Shown here: positions 58,857-64,000 of the stretch, in pieces
How positions within the stretch are numbered: the stretch's first letter is position 1
Layout of the letters: each line of letters opens with the position of its first letter
Source of the DNA: Ascidiaceihabitans donghaensis
GTDB lineage: Bacteria > Pseudomonadota > Alphaproteobacteria > Rhodobacterales > Rhodobacteraceae
Assembly (NCBI RefSeq): GCF_900302465.1
Contig: NZ_OMOR01000001.1
Coordinates: 2,696,729 to 2,760,728, forward strand
Reading direction: 5' to 3'
Length of the DNA stretch: 64,000 nt
Notes under the pieces: model-generated
Seen by the model: the letters and a program-made list of their open reading frames with translations, nothing else
Told to the model about the DNA's origin: nothing
Database searches by the model: none
Translations under genes and position numbers: made by a program

Positions 58857-59618
58857 ATGACATGGCCCTTTAAAACCAAAGGCTTGCCCGCAGGATCAAG
58901 GGCGGGCGGTGTATGCGCAATCTGGCTTGTGCTTGCCAATGCTGCATCCTTTGCACAGGCCGAGACACTTGTGTTTGCAGCCGCCTCTTTGCGGGATGTT
59001 CTGCAAGACGTGGCACAGTTAAGCGACACCAAGGTGACAGTTTCAGCCACCGGATCAGGCACAATCGCGCGGCAGGTGGCGCAAGGGGCGCCAGCCGATG
59101 TGATTGTTCTGGCCCATGATCAGTGGATGGATTGGCTTGAAACCGAAGGTGTTGTTGACCCGTCGCACAGGCACATTGTTGCACGGAATACACTGGTGGT
59201 CATCGGCCCCGCGAAGAGTGCAGCACTGCAAGCCCCAAACGATATGCTCGACCGTCTGGGCACTGATCGACTGGCAATGGGGCAACGCGATGCTGTGCCT
59301 GCGGGGCTTTACGCAAAGGCTTGGCTTCAACGGGTAGAGCTTTGGGACAAAACGAAAAACCAACTGGCGGAAACTGACAATGTGCGCGGTGCTTTGGCTT
59401 TTGTCGCACGCGGCGAAGCCCCCCTTGGCATCGTTTACGCCACCGATGCCCAAGCCGACATAAACGTGAGCGTGGTGTATGACATCCCCCCGCAGGATCA
59501 TCCCCCCATCACCTATCCCGGCGCAGCACTGACCCCCGCCGGCGCTGAATTCTTAACCCTTTTAAAAAGCGAACCCGCACAACTTGTCTTTGAACAGCAC
59601 GGGTTCAAAAGCCCATGA
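58857..59618 (+). CDS. modA: Molybdate ABC transporter substrate-binding protein
   Basis: Signal peptide plus the ModA family motif LVFAAASL with oxyanion-binding segments (ATGSGTIA). Followed by modB and modC. Confidence 0.85.
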   Translation: MTWPFKTKGLPAGSRAGGVCAIWLVLANAASFAQAETLVFAAASLRDVLQDVAQLSDTKVTVSATGSGTIARQVAQGAPADVIVLAHDQWMDWLETEGVVDPSHRHIVARNTLVVIGPAKSAALQAPNDMLDRLGTDRLAMGQRDAVPAGLYAKAWLQRVELWDKTKNQLAETDNVRGALAFVARGEAPLGIVYATDAQADINVSVVYDIPPQDHPPITYPGAALTPAGAEFLTLLKSEPAQLVFEQHGFKSP

Positions 59619-60319
59619 TGACTTTGGACGCCGCCAGTTGGGACGCTTTGGGGCTGTCGCTGTTGGTGGCAAGTACTGCCACATTGTGTGCCTTGCCGCT
59701 GGCCCTCTGGGTGGCGTGGCTTTTGGCGCGGGGCACCTTCAAAGGCAAAGCGCTGCTGAATGCGATCGTGCATCTGCCCCTAGTGCTGCCCCCTGTGGTG
59801 ACGGGTTACATCCTGCTGGTTGTGTTTGGTCGAAATGGTCCCGTCGGGCATCTGCTGGACAGCGTGTTCGGTATCACGCTTGCATTCAAATGGACCGGCG
59901 CCGTGTTGGCTGCGGTGATTATGGGGTTTCCCTTGATGGTGCGTGCCATGCGCCTTGCCATTGAAGCGGTAGACCCGAAACTTGAGGTCGCCGCGCGCAC
60001 TTTGGGCGCCCCCCCTTTGGCCGTCTTTTCAACCGTGACCTTGCCCCTAATCTTGCCCGGCGTTCTGGCGGGGGCCGTCATGGGGTTTGCCAAGGCTTTG
60101 GGCGAATTCGGCGCCACGATTACATTTGTGGCCAATATTCCGGGGCAAACGCAGACACTGCCCTCAGCGATCTACGCGTTTTTGCAAGTTCCGGGCGGCG
60201 AAGACCGCGCCATCGCCCTAGTTATATGGGCCTGTCTGATTGCATTTGCTGCTGTGGCTCTTTCCGAATGGCTGGCGCACAAAGTGGCCCGGCGCATACA
60301 GGGGCAAACACAGGCATGA
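59615..60319 (+). CDS. modB: Molybdate ABC transporter permease
   Basis: EAA-loop region (AARTLGAPPLAVFSTVTLP). Five TM helices. Confidence 0.9.
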   Translation: MMTLDAASWDALGLSLLVASTATLCALPLALWVAWLLARGTFKGKALLNAIVHLPLVLPPVVTGYILLVVFGRNGPVGHLLDSVFGITLAFKWTGAVLAAVIMGFPLMVRAMRLAIEAVDPKLEVAARTLGAPPLAVFSTVTLPLILPGVLAGAVMGFAKALGEFGATITFVANIPGQTQTLPSAIYAFLQVPGGEDRAIALVIWACLIAFAAVALSEWLAHKVARRIQGQTQA

Positions 60320-60326
60320 GGCACAC

Positions 60327-61409
60327 ATGACCCTGCGCATAGACATCACACACAGCCTTGGCGGTTTCACCTTGGACACCTGCTTTGAGGCAGGTCCGGG
60401 TGTGACCGCAGTTTTCGGCCGTTCTGGCGCGGGAAAAACAACGCTTATCAATGCGGTTGCGGGGGTCATTGCACCGGACAGCGGACGGATCACATTTGGT
60501 GATGATACGCTGTTTGATGTCCGCACAAACGTCCCCCCTCACAAACGTCAAATGGGGTATGTCTTTCAAGACGCACGGCTTTTTCCCCATATGAGCGTTG
60601 CGAAGAACCTAGATTATGCCGTGCGCTTTGCTGCGCAAAGGCCACAAGGGGCACAGCGCAATGACGTGATCGAATTGCTGGGTCTTGGACCTTTGCTGTC
60701 TCGTGCACCGCATGATCTATCAGGCGGCGAAAAGCAGCGCGTTGCTTTGGGACGGGCTTTGCTGAGCCGTCCTCGCGCCTTACTCATGGACGAACCTCTT
60801 GCTGCTTTGGACGCCGCGCGCAAAGATGCGATCCTGCCATATCTTGAGCGGCTGAAATCTACAGCGCCTGCCCTGCCCATTCTATACGTTAGCCACGCAT
60901 TGGATGAGGTGGCCCGTCTTGCCGACAACATTGTAGTGTTGTCGCAGGGCAAAGTGGCCGCACAGGGGCCCATTTTCGATGTGCTGTCAGACCCGAACGC
61001 CGTTCCCCTGTTGGGCGTGCGCCAAGCGGGCGCAATTGTGTGTGCAACAGTCGTCAATCATGGGCCAGAGGGCTTAAGCACATTGCGCACAAGCGCGGGC
61101 ACGCTGACGCTGCCCGGTGTACAGGCCGCTATCGGCAGCACCGTCAGGTTGCGGATACTGGCGCAAGACGTCATTTTATCGCCCCGCAAGCCGGAAGGTC
61201 TTTCAACAGCCAACGTTCTGCCGGTGACAGTGACCACCATCAAAACGGGGATCGGACCGGGGGCCGCTGTTGGCCTGTTGGCGGGAACCGACAGGTTGTT
61301 GGCTCGTATCCCTGCCCCTGCGATCAAAGATCTGAACATCAAACCCGGCACGTCCTGTTACGCTTTGATCAACGCAACTTCTGTGGCCCCAAGTTCGATC
61401 GGGCGCTAA
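60327..61409 (+). CDS. modC: Molybdate ABC transporter ATP-binding protein
   Basis: Walker A GRSGAGKTT, signature LSGGEKQRV, Walker B LLMDEP. C-terminal TOBE/MOP-like domain. Alternative start at 60316. Confidence 0.85.
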   Translation: MTLRIDITHSLGGFTLDTCFEAGPGVTAVFGRSGAGKTTLINAVAGVIAPDSGRITFGDDTLFDVRTNVPPHKRQMGYVFQDARLFPHMSVAKNLDYAVRFAAQRPQGAQRNDVIELLGLGPLLSRAPHDLSGGEKQRVALGRALLSRPRALLMDEPLAALDAARKDAILPYLERLKSTAPALPILYVSHALDEVARLADNIVVLSQGKVAAQGPIFDVLSDPNAVPLLGVRQAGAIVCATVVNHGPEGLSTLRTSAGTLTLPGVQAAIGSTVRLRILAQDVILSPRKPEGLSTANVLPVTVTTIKTGIGPGAAVGLLAGTDRLLARIPAPAIKDLNIKPGTSCYALINATSVAPSSIGR

Positions 61410-61433
61410 ATCACGCCGACACCGCATTTGACG

Positions 61434-62213
61434 TTAGGCCCGTTTCACAGGCAGCGATTGCATTCTGGCGCGCAGTTTCTCGACAAGTTCCTCGTGCGTG
61501 CAGTCCGCTTCTATGGCCAGCTTGCGCAACCCAAAGTGCACATGGGCAATGTCGGTGTAGTAACTGGTATAGGCGTAGTTGGTCGCGGCCCCTGCAACAG
61601 CCCCCAAAACCGGAACCGCCTGCGCGGCCAGTTTCTGGCCCAACACGACAGCCAATCGTGGGGCCACGCGCGAGATCACGGCCTGAACGGCTGCTCCGGA
61701 CAGGGCCGCACGGGCAGACAAAAACGCCAAATCCGCGCTATCGTCATGTTCTAACGGTCCCGCGGCCGCAAAGACCTGCACACAGTCAAAGCGCACGCTA
61801 TCAGCGGCCGGATCAAAGCCGTGTTCCGCCGCTACGCCTTCAATAACGCGCAACAGCAAGGTTGTGGTGACAGGCAGTTCCGCAAGCGCTGTGGGAAGAC
61901 CGCCAAACCCACCCGCGGCCCCCATTGCGGTACTTACGGCCGAATTCAGCCAGCCCGGCTGATCTGCAACCACCCCCCTTGACGTGTGGGCCACCTTCAT
62001 GGCCTGCCCCAGTGCCGTAACAGTGGCGTCCTGCAATCCATCGCGCACTTTGGCTGGCAGCTTTGACAAAAGCCCCCCCGCCTGTGCGCCCAACATGTTC
62101 AACAGATCAATCCCGACGCCGCCTGCCCCTTTGTAACGTGTCGCCAAAGCGTCCAATGCCGCCTCGACATCAACCGCTTCGTCAGACGTTGGCAGCAAGA
62201 TCAAATCGTTCAT
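61434..62213 (-). CDS. EcsC-family protein
   Basis: ~260-aa Gly/Ala-rich protein with the EcsC-like pattern (AVPVLGAVAGAATNYAYTSYYTDIAHVHF). Start at MNDLILLP. Confidence 0.6.
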   Translation of the reverse strand: MNDLILLPTSDEAVDVEAALDALATRYKGAGGVGIDLLNMLGAQAGGLLSKLPAKVRDGLQDATVTALGQAMKVAHTSRGVVADQPGWLNSAVSTAMGAAGGFGGLPTALAELPVTTTLLLRVIEGVAAEHGFDPAADSVRFDCVQVFAAAGPLEHDDSADLAFLSARAALSGAAVQAVISRVAPRLAVVLGQKLAAQAVPVLGAVAGAATNYAYTSYYTDIAHVHFGLRKLAIEADCTHEELVEKLRARMQSLPVKRA

Positions 62214-62259
62214 AAATGGCGCTCCTTTGTCTATAAGATTGGGGGGCTTGCGCCAATTT

Positions 62260-62805
62260 TCAATGTGCAAAGCGGCGCACGGCACCGACCACACCATCCC
62301 AAGCCCCTGAACGCAGCGCCCGCCCCAACACCCGCGCAGGGTTTGTCGGCGGCGGCATAACGACCCCTTCCAAGCGTTCAAATCCGAAGCGTTTGTAATA
62401 GGGCGCATCGCCCACAAGCATCACACGGTCCCATGCCGCGGCTTCCGGCACGTTCAGGCTGGCCTCGATCAATTGCCCCCCCAATCCTTCACCTTGGCGG
62501 GTCGGGTGAACCGCGACAGGTCCCAGCAGCAAACTTGGCACATCGCCAACACGGACCGGCCAAAACCGGATTGCGCCCGCCAAAATGCCATCACTGTCGC
62601 GTGCCACCATGCTAAGGCCCGATACCGCAGGCACATCATCGCGCAAGCGGTAAGACGACAACGCTTCGCGGCCCGGCGCAAAACACAGATCATATAGCGC
62701 CTCGACCTCCCACCAATCATCTATCGTTTCAGGACAAAGGGCATACATTGGTGCAAGTTCAATTGTTGTTACGTTGAGGGAACGGTCTGGCATCCGCCCT
62801 AGCAT
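62260..62805 (-). CDS. GNAT-family N-acetyltransferase
   Basis: Acetyl-CoA motif A region QGEGLGGQLIEA, with ~180 aa. Start uncertain. Confidence 0.65.
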   Translation of the reverse strand: MLGRMPDRSLNVTTIELAPMYALCPETIDDWWEVEALYDLCFAPGREALSSYRLRDDVPAVSGLSMVARDSDGILAGAIRFWPVRVGDVPSLLLGPVAVHPTRQGEGLGGQLIEASLNVPEAAAWDRVMLVGDAPYYKRFGFERLEGVVMPPPTNPARVLGRALRSGAWDGVVGAVRRFAH

Positions 62806-62848
62806 GGCGTTACCCCTTTGCCAAACCATCAAACTCAAGGCGCTTGCA

Positions 62849-63454
62849 ATGTTCTATGAACCCAAAAACGGCCACCCCTTGCCACACAACCCATTCAACG
62901 CGATTGTCACACCCCGCCCCATCGGCTGGATATCAACCCGCGACGCGCAGGGGCGCAACAATTTGGCCCCCTATTCCTTCTTCAACGCCGTCGCTTATGT
63001 CCCGCCGCAGGTGATGTTTGCCTCAACAGGCGTGAAAGACGACCAAGACAACACAAAAGACAGCGTCGCCAACATCCGGGACACCGGCGTGTTTTGTGTG
63101 AACATTGTGGAAAGCGCTGCGCGCGATGCCATGAACACGACCTCGGCCGCGTTTGACAAAACCCAAGACGAATTTGCGAAGGCCGGTCTCACACCGGTTG
63201 ATTGTGAAACCATCAATTGTGCGCGGATCAGCGGCGTGCCTGCATCACTGGAATGTCGTATGACCCAGATCGTACAGATCGAAGGCGCGTCCAATTACGT
63301 GGTGTTTGGTGAAGTGACCGGTGTGCATATGCGCGATGACACCATTGTGGACGGGCGATTCGATGTGACCACATTCCAACCGTTGTCGCGCCTTGGGTAT
63401 CGGGACTATGCAGTTGTCGACAACATCTTTGAACTGAACCGCCCGGACGACTAG
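62849..63454 (+). CDS. Flavin reductase-like (FMN-binding split-barrel) protein
   Basis: NAIVTPRPIGWISTRD...APYSFFNAV, a flavin reductase domain signature. Confidence 0.8.
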   Translation: MFYEPKNGHPLPHNPFNAIVTPRPIGWISTRDAQGRNNLAPYSFFNAVAYVPPQVMFASTGVKDDQDNTKDSVANIRDTGVFCVNIVESAARDAMNTTSAAFDKTQDEFAKAGLTPVDCETINCARISGVPASLECRMTQIVQIEGASNYVVFGEVTGVHMRDDTIVDGRFDVTTFQPLSRLGYRDYAVVDNIFELNRPDD

Positions 63455-63619
63455 GCTCAGGACTCATTATCTTAATGGGTTCTGAGCCTGGGATGGTGAT
63501 CTTTGCGCAAAGGCTTGGGGCGTTGTGAACTCCGGTCTTTGAAAGTTTTGACGATCTGTTGGATTTTTTCGTGAAACGCCTGCTATAAAGGTCGGCATAT
63601 CCCCAAAGAAAGAAATCCA

Positions 63620-64000
63620 ATGGCGCGTCCCAAGCCACCCCTGACGGGGGCATGTCTGTGTGGTGCAGTTCAAGTCACCGTAACAGCCCCCCCTTTGTTG
63701 ACCCTTGCCTGCCATTGCGGCGGCTGCAAAAAACTAACCGCCAGCGCATTTTCCTTAACCACAATGGTCCCAAAAGACGGGTTTGCCTGCACAGGCGACG
63801 TGATCAAAGGCGGGCTTCAGCAAGGCGGCCGTCACCACTACTTTTGCAAATCATGCCTCAACTTTGTGTTCTCCGAAATCGAAGAGGCCGAGTTCCGTGT
63901 CAATTTGCGTACATCAGTTTTGGATGATGCAGCGTTGTTCCCGCCATTTGTTGAAGTGATGGTGGATCAGAAACTGCCGTGGGCTAACGTGCAGGCCCAA
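63620..64000 (+). CDS. GFA-family (glutathione-dependent formaldehyde-activating / CENP-V-like) zinc protein, 3'-truncated by window edge
   Basis: CLCGAVQ...LACHCGGCKK...YFCKSCL, Cys clusters typical of the GFA domain. Open to the window end. Confidence 0.6.
   Translation, partial: MARPKPPLTGACLCGAVQVTVTAPPLLTLACHCGGCKKLTASAFSLTTMVPKDGFACTGDVIKGGLQQGGRHHYFCKSCLNFVFSEIEEAEFRVNLRTSVLDDAALFPPFVEVMVDQKLPWANVQAQ

Noticed and set aside
1-64000. Mobile elements, integrases, transposases, prophage genes, CRISPR-Cas, toxin-antitoxin pairs
   Set aside because: None of the translated ORFs shows integrase, transposase or Cas hallmarks. No long terminal inverted repeats or spacer arrays were seen.

Overview
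This 64-kb window looks like an alphaproteobacterial (Rhodobacterales-like) chromosomal segment, GC-rich and densely coding. It mixes conserved housekeeping blocks with accessory and metabolic islands, which are listed here.

- **Hexuronate island (3.6-18.7 kb):**
  - An FCD-type GntR regulator sits beside a 10-gene plus-strand operon.
  - The operon contains TRAP dctPQM, an enolase-superfamily enzyme, a PhyH-family dioxygenase, uxaA, two dehydrogenases, an EamA transporter and kdgK.
  - Divergent uxaC-uxuB and uxuA lie next to it.
- **Regulators and a ychF/trpA junction (18.7-22 kb):** an MBL-fold hydrolase with an HpaR-like MarR, a small secreted ORF, ychF, and an isolated trpA.
- **Small-molecule cluster (23-27.7 kb):**
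  - MarR, a Tat-exported nitroreductase-family protein, an FMN alpha-hydroxy-acid dehydrogenase, a small sulfotransferase and an MFS transporter.
  - The divergent promoter carries a perfect 11-bp inverted repeat.
- **Translation block (27.8-30.9 kb):** rplY-pth followed by a serine hydrolase and a DUF2237 protein.
- **Unusual stretch (30.9-33.1 kb):**
  - A low-GC small ORF, an SPFH protein and a long ORF-free leader.
  - A minus-strand tRNA(Arg-CCT)-like gene with an adjacent tRNA 3'-half-like fragment.
- **Housekeeping blocks:** trpB-orf-trpF-lapA-ihfB-rpsA and cmk-aroA, then rpoH with a sigma32-type promoter.
- **Sensor module and more housekeeping:** a response regulator / SBP / hybrid histidine kinase module, then holB-tatD-MBL and ptsP-lysC.
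- **Window end:** modABC with an upstream AT palindrome, followed by small accessory genes.

The most interesting inference is an ~11-kb inversion between the ychF/trpA junction and the tRNA/trpB junction. Undoing it would restore trpF-trpB-trpA and put rplY-pth and ychF on the same strand.

No CRISPR array, integrase or transposase was seen. The unassigned candidates are the MarR/nitroreductase/alpha-hydroxy-acid dehydrogenase/sulfotransferase/MFS cluster and the atypical enzymes embedded in the hexuronate operon. Both need database and structure checks that cannot be done from sequence alone.
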